Below are positions 7,812 through 19,356 of a DNA stretch of 64,000 bases, piece after piece. The notes beneath the pieces were generated by a model. It did no database searches and was not told the origin of the DNA. It was given only the letters and a program-made list of their open reading frames with translations. This DNA comes from Planctomycetota bacterium. Its GTDB lineage: Bacteria > Planctomycetota > SZUA-567 > H5-PLA8. Each line of letters opens with the position of its first letter. Positions within the stretch are counted from its first letter, which is position 1. The position numbers were made by a program, and so were the translations under genes. The DNA lies in contig JBBRQD010000013.1 of the NCBI GenBank assembly GCA_038227045.1, forward strand, positions 5,262 to 69,261. Reading direction: 5' to 3'.

Positions 7812-8858
7812 TCACAAACTTCGCCCTTTCAATCCCGCCGTCTCAACCAATCCGCACATGATATTCATGTTCTGCAGAGCCTGGCCCGCCGCGCCTTTGA
7901 CCAGATTGTCGAGCGCCGAGGTGATCACGAGCTGGTTGCTGCGTTCGATCAGCGTTACCGAGATGTCGCAATAATTGCTGCGGACGACGTTGCCGATAGC
8001 GACTTCTTCGGGCGTGTTGAGTACGCGCACGAACGGGGCGCTTTGTTCGTTGTAAAAACTCTTCAGGCATGCCAGTGCTTTGGCCGTGGTGACTTTTGCT
8101 TTTGGGCGCGCGAAGATGGTTGTGAGAATGCCGCGGTCGAGCGGCACGAGATGCGGCACGAAGGTCACGACGACCGGCTTGCCCGCGACGATCGATAGCG
8201 TCTGTTCGATCTCCGGCGTGTGGCGGTGGCCGCCAATGTTGTAGGCGCGCATGTTGCCATCGATGTCGGTAAACAGGTTCGAGAGCTTCGCATTGAATTG
8301 CCGCCCCGCACCGCTCAATCCGGAGTACGAATCGACGATGATGCCGTCGAGGTCGATGAGTTTTTCCTTGATCAGCGGTGCAAGCGCCAGGATTGCCGAC
8401 GTGACATAGCAGCCAGGGTTGCCCACGAGCCGCGCGAACTTAATCTGTTCCTTATTCAGTTCGGGCAAGCCATAGACAGCTTGCTCGAGCAGATCTTTTG
8501 CGCCGTGCGGTTCCTTGTACCACTTTTCGTACACCGCCGGATCTTTGAAGCGAAATTCGCCGCCGATGTCGATGACTTTCGCGCCGGCCTGCAGCAGTCC
8601 CGGCACGACCGCGAATGTTTCGCTGCCCTTCTTGGCGGCGAACACGATGTCACTGGCTTTGGCGATGGTTTCCGGATCGGCGCTGACGGTTTCCATATCC
8701 AACTCGCCGCGCAACGGCGGCAACAGATCGCCGATTTTCCTGCCGGCGGCGTGGTCGGAGACGAGCAGCGATAGCTTGCATTGCGGATGCCCGAGCAGCG
8801 CGCGAATGAGACATTCGCCGACGAGCCCTGTGGCGCCGACAATGGAAACACGAATCAT
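7812..8858 (-). CDS. argC: N-acetyl-gamma-glutamyl-phosphate reductase
   Basis: N-terminal VSIVGATGLVG and active-site GNPGCYVTSAILALAPL. Confidence 0.9.
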   Translation of the reverse strand: MIRVSIVGATGLVGECLIRALLGHPQCKLSLLVSDHAAGRKIGDLLPPLRGELDMETVSADPETIAKASDIVFAAKKGSETFAVVPGLLQAGAKVIDIGGEFRFKDPAVYEKWYKEPHGAKDLLEQAVYGLPELNKEQIKFARLVGNPGCYVTSAILALAPLIKEKLIDLDGIIVDSYSGLSGAGRQFNAKLSNLFTDIDGNMRAYNIGGHRHTPEIEQTLSIVAGKPVVVTFVPHLVPLDRGILTTIFARPKAKVTTAKALACLKSFYNEQSAPFVRVLNTPEEVAIGNVVRSNYCDISVTLIERSNQLVITSALDNLVKGAAGQALQNMNIMCGLVETAGLKGRSL

Positions 8859-8877
8859 GTCAAAATTTCCCCAATTG

Positions 8878-8958
8878 CGGTTGAAGGTTTAAAGGTTGAA
8901 TGTTGAAGGTTCAAATCAACAACTTTCAACCTTCAACCTTCTAACTTTCAACAAGTGT
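8878..8958. repeat. imperfect hairpin built from GTTGAAG-type heptamer repeats
   Basis: GGTTGAAGGTTTAAAGGTTGAATGTTGAAGGTTCAAA faces CAACTTTCAACCTTCAACCTTCTAACTTTCAAC. Lies between the argC start and the rsfS stop. Confidence 0.8.
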
Positions 8959-8968
8959 ACTGAGCCGA

Positions 8969-9385
8969 TTATGCTTCGTCGTCTTCGTTGTCATCGTGAC
9001 GCACGAGCAGTTGTGCGATGTGTTTGTCTTTGATTTTTTCGCGTTTCCAATCCACTTTGGGCGCGTCGCCCCACAGGGATTCGAGCGAATAGTATTCGCG
9101 CAATTCAGGCGAAAAAACGTGGATCACGCAATCGGTGTAATCGATCAGCACCCAACTGCCGCCCTCGTTGCCTTCCTGTCCCATCTTGCGGATGTCGATC
9201 GATTTCAATTCCTTCTTGATCGATTCCACCACCGCGCGTACCTGCGAGCGCGAATGCGCGGTTGCGATCACGAAGTAATCCGTCACGTCGGTGATGCCGC
9301 GCATGTCGTAAATTACGATGTCTTCGGCTTTCTTGTCATCCGCAGTCCGGGCGGAGAAAAGGGCAATGTCCCGGCCGTTCGTCAA
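8969..9385 (-). CDS. rsfS: ribosome silencing factor RsfS (iojap)
   Basis: DIVIYDMRGITDVTDYFVIATAHSRSQVRAV...WVLIDYTDCVIHVF pattern. Confidence 0.85.
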   Translation of the reverse strand: MTNGRDIALFSARTADDKKAEDIVIYDMRGITDVTDYFVIATAHSRSQVRAVVESIKKELKSIDIRKMGQEGNEGGSWVLIDYTDCVIHVFSPELREYYSLESLWGDAPKVDWKREKIKDKHIAQLLVRHDDNEDDEA

Positions 9386-9541
9386 TTGTGTGAGTCTCCC
9401 AATAAATGCTTCAAAACGGGGACTATAACACGGATGGGGTCCGGTGGCAAACGAGACGTAAGTTAATGAGGAGCATTGAACTGGAAAGCCGTAGCCCTTT
9501 CCCGAGGGGAAAGGGGATTGCTTGCGCTCTCGCCGCCGCTG

Positions 9542-10591
9542 TTACTCCTGCGGCTTCGGCTTTTCTTTTTTCTTTTCCGGCTTGGGCGCAACCATCGCGT
9601 ACAGCGCGGCGAGTTCCCAGACTTTCGCCGATTTGTCGTCGCTGCCCGTGGCCAGCCATTTTCCGTCGGGTGAAAACGCGACGCAATTAACTCCATCTTG
9701 ATGGCCGACGAAGCCCAGGATTGGGAGGCGTGAAGAGGCATCCCAAAGCTTGATTTCCAAATCCTCAATGCCCGAACAGGCTGACGCCAGCGTTTTGTTG
9801 TCCGGCGAAAACGCGACGCTCTTGACGCGCAGTCCGTCTTTGTGGCCCTTGATCGTTCCGTCCACGGTCAGCGTGGTGGCATCCAGCACGATGATCTCGC
9901 CGGTTCCCGTCGACGCGGCGATCCATTTACCGTCCGGCGAACCCGCCAGCGAATTGATCGCCGCTTCTTCAGTTAGGGGTTTGTATTCACCTTTCTTGAC
10001 CGGGGCCGGCACGGCGAGATCCCAGTATAAAATGGTGCCTTTGCCGTCCGCGGAGACGAGCGCTTTTCCGGTTGAGGCATAGACGATCGCGGTGATCGAA
10101 CATTTGTGGCCGTCCTTCAATTGCGCGAGTTCTTCGCCGGCCGCCAGTTTCCAGATTTTTATGCGGCTGCCCACGGCCGCGGCGATGTTTTTACCGTCGG
10201 GTGAGAATGTTGGCGATTGAACATTGTCGTCCGCGATGAACAGTTTTTTTTTGTTGGCGGCGATGTCCCAAATCAACAATCCGTCGCTGTAATTTTCGTC
10301 CTGCCCGGGAAACGCCAGCAGCGTTCCATCCGTTGAGAATGACGCACCGATGCCGCCCTGAATAGAGGCAATTTCCCTGCCCGTTCCCTTACCGGATTCC
10401 CACTCCCATATCTTGATCACCTGGCCCGTGGAGATCGCCAGCCGCTTGCCGTCCGGTGAAAATGCGACGCCGCGAACGTCGCCCGAAGCGTCCGGAAAAG
10501 TGGCGCGCGGCGGCGGCACGGTCATTGCGCTGCAGGCGCCGGCGAAACACACGGCAAACGTCAACAGCGTCGCTATTCTTTTCACATTCAT
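9542..10591 (-). CDS. secreted WD40 beta-propeller repeat protein
   Basis: Signal-like MNVKRIATLLTFAVCFAGACSAM. Repeated FSPDGK...W(D/E) blades. Start taken at the internal ATG (10591) just after the upstream gene's stop. Confidence 0.8.
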   Translation of the reverse strand: MNVKRIATLLTFAVCFAGACSAMTVPPPRATFPDASGDVRGVAFSPDGKRLAISTGQVIKIWEWESGKGTGREIASIQGGIGASFSTDGTLLAFPGQDENYSDGLLIWDIAANKKKLFIADDNVQSPTFSPDGKNIAAAVGSRIKIWKLAAGEELAQLKDGHKCSITAIVYASTGKALVSADGKGTILYWDLAVPAPVKKGEYKPLTEEAAINSLAGSPDGKWIAASTGTGEIIVLDATTLTVDGTIKGHKDGLRVKSVAFSPDNKTLASACSGIEDLEIKLWDASSRLPILGFVGHQDGVNCVAFSPDGKWLATGSDDKSAKVWELAALYAMVAPKPEKKKEKPKPQE

Positions 10592-10601
10592 CAACTTTAC
10601 C

Positions 10602-11171
10602 CTATGCTTTCTGGTCCCAAAGTACGTCTGGGTTTTGTTTGCAAAAATTTTCATATCGAGCCATGACAAACAGCAGATCGCTCAAGCGGTTCAAATACTG
10701 CACCACCTGAGCGCCGACATTTTCGCGCCGCCGCAATCCCACGACACAGCGTTCGGCTCGCCGGCACACGCAGCGGCAAACGTGCAACTGCGCGGCACCC
10801 AGCGTCCCCCCAGGCAGAATGAAATTCTCCAGCGGCCCCAGCGATTCCTGCAGCTTGTCGATCCACTTCTCGAGTTCCGTCACCTGCGCCGCTTCAATGC
10901 CGCGAACTTTGTACGTCTCCTTGTCGCGTTCCAACATGCACAAGTCGCTGCCGACAACGAACAAATCGTTCATGATTGTCTTGCACATGTCCGCCAGCAC
11001 GGGATCCAACCCGCCGGCTTGCGCCACACCAACGCAACTGTTCAATTCATCGACCGTGCCGTACGCCTCGATGCGCAAATCGTCCTTATCGATGCGCTGC
11101 CCGCCGCCCAGCCCGGTGGAACCGTCGTCGCCGGTGCGCGTATATATTTTCGTCAGACGATAGCGTGACAT
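10602..11171 (-). CDS. PduO-type ATP:cob(I)alamin adenosyltransferase
   Basis: N-terminal IYTRTGDDGSTGL and EAYGTVDELNS motifs. Confidence 0.85.
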   Translation of the reverse strand: MSRYRLTKIYTRTGDDGSTGLGGGQRIDKDDLRIEAYGTVDELNSCVGVAQAGGLDPVLADMCKTIMNDLFVVGSDLCMLERDKETYKVRGIEAAQVTELEKWIDKLQESLGPLENFILPGGTLGAAQLHVCRCVCRRAERCVVGLRRRENVGAQVVQYLNRLSDLLFVMARYENFCKQNPDVLWDQKA

Positions 11172-11234
11172 AGTATTTTCGGCATTTTCGCCGGAATCTT
11201 CCTAAAAATCCAGATCCAAAGTCCGCGATACCCC

Positions 11235-12479
11235 TTAGAATTCAAAACCGCGGCCAACTTTTTTCTTTCCGTCCGGCCCGGTTTCCATCACGGAAGGCAC
11301 GGGAGTCCCCTGTTGTGGCGTTCCGGATTTCCCACTCAGCGTACTAAACTTATTGCGATTTTGCGGAGGGGGGCCTTGATTCGTCGGAATGGTCGTTTCA
11401 TCCGACGACGTTCCGCGCCTGATGCCGCGCATCATCAGCACCAAATCCTCCGGAGAACTGCTGCTGACCTTCGCCTCTTCCTCGGTGATCACGTTTTTCT
11501 GCCAAAGATTGTAGAGCGCCTGATTGAAGGTCTGCATTTTGTAATGCGAGCCTTCCGCGATGGCTTTTTCAATGTCGCGCGTCGAACCTTCTTCAATCAA
11601 TTGCCGGACGTAAGAGGTATTCAGCATGACTTCGAGAGCGGCGACGCGCCCTTGGCCATCCGCACGCTTAACCAGGCGCTGGCAGACGACTCCGCGCAGC
11701 AGCAGCCCCAATTGCAGGCGCACCGTTTTGGCTTCCGGGCCTTCGAAACTGTCGAGGATGCGGTCCAGCGACTGCTTGGCGTCGTTGGTGTGAAGCGTCG
11801 AGAAGACCAAATGCCCGGTCTCGGACGCCGTAATCGCAAAGCGAATCGTTTCGGCGTCGCGCATTTCGCCCATCAGAATCACGTCCGGATCCTGGCGCAA
11901 TGCGGCGCGCAGCGCGCGGTGCAATTCGTGGGTATCGATGCCCAGTTCGCGCTGGTTGATCGTGCTGCGAATGTCCGTGTAAACGAATTCGATCGGGTCT
12001 TCAAGTGTGACGATGTGATACGGGCTCTTCTGGTTGATGCTCTCGATCATCGCGGCGAGCGTCGTCGATTTGCCGGAGCCTGTCGGGCCGGTGACAATCA
12101 CGAGGCCGTTTTCGTGGTTGCAGAGATCGCGAAGCACTTCCGGCAAGCCCATTTGCTCGATTGTGGGGACTTCCAGCGGCACGTAACGCAGCACGGCACC
12201 AATCTCACCGCGCTGGATGAAGGCGTTGACGCGATAGCGTCCGACGCCCGGGATTTCGTAGGAGAAATCCGCTTCCATTTCCTGCATGAAAATGCGCGAG
12301 CGTTCCGGCCCCATGACATGCGTCAAGGCGAATTTCATCTCTTCGGGCGTGATCGCCGGATAGGTGTCTTGCGGTACCAAATCGCCGGAGATTCGAAAGA
12401 GCGGCGGCCGGCCCGTCTTGAGATGCAAGTCGGAACCCGCGTTGTCTCTGAGTTCCACCAGCAATGAATCCAATTCCAT
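11235..12479 (-). CDS. pilT: type IV pilus retraction ATPase PilT with ~60-aa low-complexity C-terminal tail
   Basis: GSDLHLKTGRPPLFRISGDL, Walker A GPTGSGKSTT, LRQDPDVILMGEMRD. At 414 aa it is longer than typical PilT. Confidence 0.85.
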   Translation of the reverse strand: MELDSLLVELRDNAGSDLHLKTGRPPLFRISGDLVPQDTYPAITPEEMKFALTHVMGPERSRIFMQEMEADFSYEIPGVGRYRVNAFIQRGEIGAVLRYVPLEVPTIEQMGLPEVLRDLCNHENGLVIVTGPTGSGKSTTLAAMIESINQKSPYHIVTLEDPIEFVYTDIRSTINQRELGIDTHELHRALRAALRQDPDVILMGEMRDAETIRFAITASETGHLVFSTLHTNDAKQSLDRILDSFEGPEAKTVRLQLGLLLRGVVCQRLVKRADGQGRVAALEVMLNTSYVRQLIEEGSTRDIEKAIAEGSHYKMQTFNQALYNLWQKNVITEEEAKVSSSSPEDLVLMMRGIRRGTSSDETTIPTNQGPPPQNRNKFSTLSGKSGTPQQGTPVPSVMETGPDGKKKVGRGFEF

Positions 12480-12496
12480 GAATGCTTCTCCGAGAA

Positions 12497-12647
12497 TGGA
12501 GAGGGGTTAGGGGCTAGGGAGTAGGGACAAGGGAGTAAAAATAGAGCTTCTACGCGTCCTTTAAGTCTCAAAAGCGCGAAGCGCTTTCCCTCCCTAATCC
12601 CTAGCCCCTAATCCCTAGCCCCTAATCCCTAACCTCCTAACCCCTAA
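12497..12647. repeat. G-rich/C-rich heptamer-repeat inverted repeat (GGGGTTAGGGGCTAGGG vs CCCTAATCCCTAGC x2.5)
   Basis: G-rich arm at 12499-12535 and C-rich arm at 12587-12646 with 7-nt periodicity. Lies between the aminotransferase stop and the pilT start. Confidence 0.85.
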
Positions 12648-13819
12648 TTAATCACCGCCACTGCCGCCTCGACACCTGCTCCCGCGTCGATCGTGCAACC
12701 TTGCTTTTTCAATATGCCGCCCACCGCGCTCAGGAACAAGAGTACGGGGTTGGGGCGCGCTCCTTCACCCATTAGACCCACGCGCCAGGCCTTACCCTTC
12801 AAATCTCCGAGTCCTCCGCCAATTTCCAGATTATGCTGCTCTAAAAGAGTCTTGCGCGTGACGACGTCATCCGCGCCTTCCGGCAGCAGCACCGTGGTCA
12901 GCGTCGGGCAGCGATCCGCGGGATTTTGCACGAAAAGTTTCAGCCCCATCGCTTCAATGCCCGCATGAAGTGCGCGTGCCATTTTGGCATGACGCGCAAC
13001 TCGAGCGGCCAGGCCCTCTTCTACAATCAGCCGCAAACCTTCGTGCATGGCGTTCGTCATGTTGACCGGACCAGTGTGATGATAGACGCGCTTTTCGTTC
13101 CAATAATCGCGCACGAGGGTCATGTCCAGATACCACGATTGGACCTTGTGTTTGCGCTTGGCGATGACCTCTTCCGCGCGCTTGCCAAATGTGATCGGCG
13201 CGACCCCCGGCGGCACGCCGAGGCACTTCTGCGAACCCGAATAAACCACGTCGATGTCCCAAGCGTCGGTCTTGAAGTCGGTCCCGCCCAAGCTGGCGAC
13301 TGTGTCCACCAGCAGCAGCGCGCCGTGCGCATGGCAAAGCATGGCGATTTCGGGCAGATGACCCTGCATCACGCCGGTGGACGTTTCGCCATGAACCAGC
13401 GCGACGACTTTTGCGGGCTTTTCTTTCAAGGCGTTTTCGATTTCCTCGGGCTGAACCGCGCGGCCCCACGGAATCTTGATCTCGCGCACGGCCGCGCCGC
13501 AGCGCCGGGCAATCTCCGGCATGCGCCCGCTGAAGACGCCGCCGTTGCAGACAATCAACTCGTCGCCGGGTTCGAGCAGATTCGCCATGGCCGTCTCCAT
13601 GCCGGACATGCCCGTGCCGGAGATCAGCAGCGTCAACTCGTTCTTAGTAATGAAGACCTCGCGCAACATGGCCTGAACGGCGTCCATGGTCTTGAAATAA
13701 GTCGGGTCCATGTGCCCAACGGTAGGCATCATAAGTCCCCGGTAAACGCGCGGTGGCACGATGCTGGGTCCGGGGCCCATCAGAATGCGCGCGGGAGGAT
13801 CGATTTCGGGGAAAGTCAT
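12644..13819 (-). CDS. class V aminotransferase (alanine-glyoxylate / serine-pyruvate type)
   Basis: PLP-lysine context SGSQKCLGVPPG. ATG at 13819 preceded by AAGGAG. Confidence 0.85.
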   Translation of the reverse strand: MTFPEIDPPARILMGPGPSIVPPRVYRGLMMPTVGHMDPTYFKTMDAVQAMLREVFITKNELTLLISGTGMSGMETAMANLLEPGDELIVCNGGVFSGRMPEIARRCGAAVREIKIPWGRAVQPEEIENALKEKPAKVVALVHGETSTGVMQGHLPEIAMLCHAHGALLLVDTVASLGGTDFKTDAWDIDVVYSGSQKCLGVPPGVAPITFGKRAEEVIAKRKHKVQSWYLDMTLVRDYWNEKRVYHHTGPVNMTNAMHEGLRLIVEEGLAARVARHAKMARALHAGIEAMGLKLFVQNPADRCPTLTTVLLPEGADDVVTRKTLLEQHNLEIGGGLGDLKGKAWRVGLMGEGARPNPVLLFLSAVGGILKKQGCTIDAGAGVEAAVAVIN

Positions 13820-13932
13820 GGATGGCTCCTTATAAGTGTGCGGATGAAGGATGTATTTCACCACAAGATTTTTCGGCGTCAAGTTGCGCAAGAGTTACCG
13901 GCACTATTGAGATTTTGATGAGGCAACTCGGC

Positions 13933-16395
<2,463 letters not shown>

Positions 16396-16644
16396 GATTC
16401 GAAGCTCTGAATTGGAAGGTGAAGACGCGCACGAAATGTACGTGGCGGAGTTTAATTTGTCATTCGCCAATTGTCATTTGGTTTTCTCGCCGAGTCTCTG
16501 AGTCTCCTTGTCTCCCTAATCTGCCCTTGTGCGGTTAAAAAGATATTTAACCGGTGGTTTCCAATTGAACTGGGCAATTATATCGATACTTTATAGCAAC
16601 GAGTTTTAAGCCGATTGTCACTGAATTTTAATGGAACAGATCGG

Positions 16645-17364
16645 ATGACCATTGAATCGATACTAGGGCACGGGCTATACGTCTGCCTGACGCTGACACT
16701 GTTTGTCTGTGGAATCGGCGTGCCATTGCCCGAAGAAGGTGTGTTTCTGGCCGCAGGCTGGTACGGGCAGGATCACGGCGCAAACGTGTGGATTTTGTGC
16801 GCCTGCGGAGTTTTGGGAGTCTTAATGGGCGATTCGATTCCCTATTGGATGGGGCGAAAACACGGCGTTCGATTGTTGAAGAAACGCCCGTTTTCCTGGT
16901 TCTTAAAAGAAAAAGGCATTCAAAAGACGCGCGAGTTCTTTGGAAAAAACGGCTCGAAGACGGTCTTCGTCGGGCGCTTCATCGCCGGTTTGCGAATGCC
17001 GACGTTCTTCATGGCCGGATCGATGGGCGTGTCGTATTGGACATTCCTTTTTTGGGATTTGCTGGGCGCGTTGATTTCGTGTCCGACGTCCATCTGGCTG
17101 GCGTACACGTACGGCAAACGCGCCGAAGTCATGCTCACCGAGAGCAAAACGGTGCTCTTCACCGTCTTGGGTCTGATCGTTCTCTATATGGTTTACCACG
17201 TCTGGAGCCACCGCGAGAAACCGGAAGACAAAGCCCTTGCGGCCTTCGGGGTCGAATCGCCAAAACTCCAAGCCGACGACACGTCCGCGGCTCTGCCGGC
17301 CCTGACGGAGAAGCGCGAAGTGACGCGCGCGCCGAGCTCCAAGAACATCAAGTTCAACGTTTAG
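16645..17364 (+). CDS. DedA/SNARE-associated family membrane protein
   Basis: PLPEEGVFLAAGW and FVGRFIAGLRMPTF motifs with multiple TM segments. Start is uncertain (TTG 16615 or ATG 16645). Confidence 0.8.
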   Translation: MTIESILGHGLYVCLTLTLFVCGIGVPLPEEGVFLAAGWYGQDHGANVWILCACGVLGVLMGDSIPYWMGRKHGVRLLKKRPFSWFLKEKGIQKTREFFGKNGSKTVFVGRFIAGLRMPTFFMAGSMGVSYWTFLFWDLLGALISCPTSIWLAYTYGKRAEVMLTESKTVLFTVLGLIVLYMVYHVWSHREKPEDKALAAFGVESPKLQADDTSAALPALTEKREVTRAPSSKNIKFNV

Positions 17365-17470
17365 ACTTCTTGGCTTTTCGCGGCGTTGCACTGCCACGTT
17401 CGGCTCCAATATTTTGCAATGCGGACAGCCAATCGCCGCGAAGACTCCAAATTTCTGCGCGAGAATTCCG

Positions 17471-18811
17471 ATGCCGACGCCTGTCCTGCCGCCCGGTCCC
17501 AAACATTGGCTGTCCGTCAAAACGATTTTGACGTTTCGCCGCGATCCGTTGAGCTTCCTGCTAAATGCGGCGCGCGACCACGGCGACATCGTTCATTTCA
17601 AGCTTGGGCCGCAGGCTACTTATTTCTTCAATCATCCCGACCAGATCAAAGACGTTCTGGTCACGCGGAACGACAGCTTCATGAAAGGCCGCGCGCTGCA
17701 GCGCTCCAAACGGATTCTCGGCGAAGGTTTGTTGACCAGCGAAGGCGAATTTCACCGCCGGCAACGGCGGCTGGCGCAGCCCGCGTTTCAACCCCGCCGC
17801 CTGCCCGCGTACGGCGCGGCGATGATCGATTTCGCCTCGCGGACATCCGCGCGCTGGCGGCACGGCGCATCCTTCGATGTCTCTAGCGAAATGATGCGGC
17901 TGACACTCGGCATCGTCGGCAAAACGCTTTTCGACGCCGACGTCGAATCCGAAGCGCAGGAGATTGGCGAAGCGCTCGGCGTACTGATGAAGACATTCAG
18001 CGCGATTTTTTTGCCGTTCTCCGAATTGCTCGAGAAACTGCCATTGCCGCAAACGCGCCGCGTCGCCAAGGCGATTGCGCGCCTGGATGCGACGATTTAC
18101 AGATTGATCGAAGACCGCCGGCGCAGCGGCAAAGATCACGGCGATCTGCTCTCGATGCTGCTGAACGCGCGCGACGTCGAAGGCGATGGCGGCGGCATGA
18201 GCGACAAGCAATTGCGCGACGAAGCCCTGACGATTTTTCTCGCCGGCCACGAGACCACAGCCAACGCGCTGTCGTGGACATGGTATCTCTTGTCGCAGAA
18301 TCCGGACGCCGAAGCCGAACTCCACGCCGAACTGGACCGCGTGTTGAACGGGCGCTCGCCGGCGCTCGACGACATTCCCAATTTGAAATGCACGGAAGCG
18401 GTGCTGTCGGAATCGATGCGCCTTTATCCCCCTGCGTGGGCCATCGGACGCTTGGCGCTGAAAGAATATTCGGCCGGTGAATATCTGCTGCCAAAGGGCT
18501 CGCTGGTAATCTTAAGCCCTTATGCCACACACCGCGACGCGCGTCTTTTTCCGAACCCCGAGCGCTTCGATCTGCGGCGTTGGACGCCCGAAGCGCGCGA
18601 GGCTCGGCACCCCTTCGCCTACTTCCCGTTCGGAGGCGGACCGCGACGCTGCATCGGTGAAGGTTTCGCGTGGATGGAAGGCATTTTGCTATTGGCCACG
18701 CTGGCGCAACGCTGGCGGCTGAAACTCGATCCGAACCAAAATATCGTTCCGTTTCCGAGCATCACGCTGCGCCCGAAGCACGGAATAAAAATGACGGCGG
18801 AAGCGCGGTGA
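17471..18811 (+). CDS. cytochrome P450
   Basis: Heme loop FPFGGGPRRCIGEGFA, I-helix FLAGHETTANAL, ExxR (ESMR). Confidence 0.9.
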   Translation: MPTPVLPPGPKHWLSVKTILTFRRDPLSFLLNAARDHGDIVHFKLGPQATYFFNHPDQIKDVLVTRNDSFMKGRALQRSKRILGEGLLTSEGEFHRRQRRLAQPAFQPRRLPAYGAAMIDFASRTSARWRHGASFDVSSEMMRLTLGIVGKTLFDADVESEAQEIGEALGVLMKTFSAIFLPFSELLEKLPLPQTRRVAKAIARLDATIYRLIEDRRRSGKDHGDLLSMLLNARDVEGDGGGMSDKQLRDEALTIFLAGHETTANALSWTWYLLSQNPDAEAELHAELDRVLNGRSPALDDIPNLKCTEAVLSESMRLYPPAWAIGRLALKEYSAGEYLLPKGSLVILSPYATHRDARLFPNPERFDLRRWTPEAREARHPFAYFPFGGGPRRCIGEGFAWMEGILLLATLAQRWRLKLDPNQNIVPFPSITLRPKHGIKMTAEAR

Positions 18812-18821
18812 CGCGGTTCCG

Positions 18822-19352
18822 CTACGTCGCGCTGTCCGTTTTGCGCCTGTTCTTGCATCTGCCATTCACTGAATCGATGGCATGCCGCAGCACATGCTTG
18901 AGTATTTCGAGTTGCTCGATCGCGGCTTTCGCGTTGCCGGGGATCGAAAGAACCAGGCATCCCTTCGACACGTAGCCGCCGCAGCGGCTCAAGTGGCTGT
19001 TCAACGAATGCTTCAAGCTCCCCGCGCGCAGCATTTCGCCGATGCCGGGAATGGCGAAGTCGCAGAGCGTTTCCAATGTTTGAGGAGCGATGTCGCGTGC
19101 GCCTATGCCCGTGCCGCCGCAGACGACCAGCAAATCCGAACGATCGCGCAACGCACCGAAGGCGCGCGATAATTCACCGGTATCGAAGTCGATTGTCACG
19201 CCATCGTCCGCGGTCCATCCCTGAGCGCGAAGCCAGCCGCTGACCGTGACGCGCGCCGTATCGCCGTGGCTGGCACGGCGTGCCGGTTCGCAGAGCACGA
19301 TTGTGGCGGCGCGAATAGCTTCGGTGCCGGATGCAGAATTATCTGGGATCAT
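18822..19352 (-). CDS. MogA/MoaB-family molybdenum cofactor biosynthesis protein
   Basis: LLVVCGGTGIGARDIAPQ motif. ATG at 19352 lies 5 nt after the upstream ALDH stop. Confidence 0.75.
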   Translation of the reverse strand: MIPDNSASGTEAIRAATIVLCEPARRASHGDTARVTVSGWLRAQGWTADDGVTIDFDTGELSRAFGALRDRSDLLVVCGGTGIGARDIAPQTLETLCDFAIPGIGEMLRAGSLKHSLNSHLSRCGGYVSKGCLVLSIPGNAKAAIEQLEILKHVLRHAIDSVNGRCKNRRKTDSAT

Positions 19353-19356
19353 TAAA

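Noticed and set aside
1569-11171. MeaB-type G-protein chaperone expected near a B12 mutase
   Set aside because: No P-loop GTPase of that type was found among the ORFs in this stretch. Its absence from the window is noted, but it cannot be called absent from the genome.
12587-12647. CCCTAA-type tracts resembling eukaryotic telomere repeats
   Set aside because: The tract is internal and flanked by bacterial genes. The unit is really a 14-mer, CCCTAATCCCTAGC, forming one arm of a hairpin. There is no evidence of a chromosome end or contamination.
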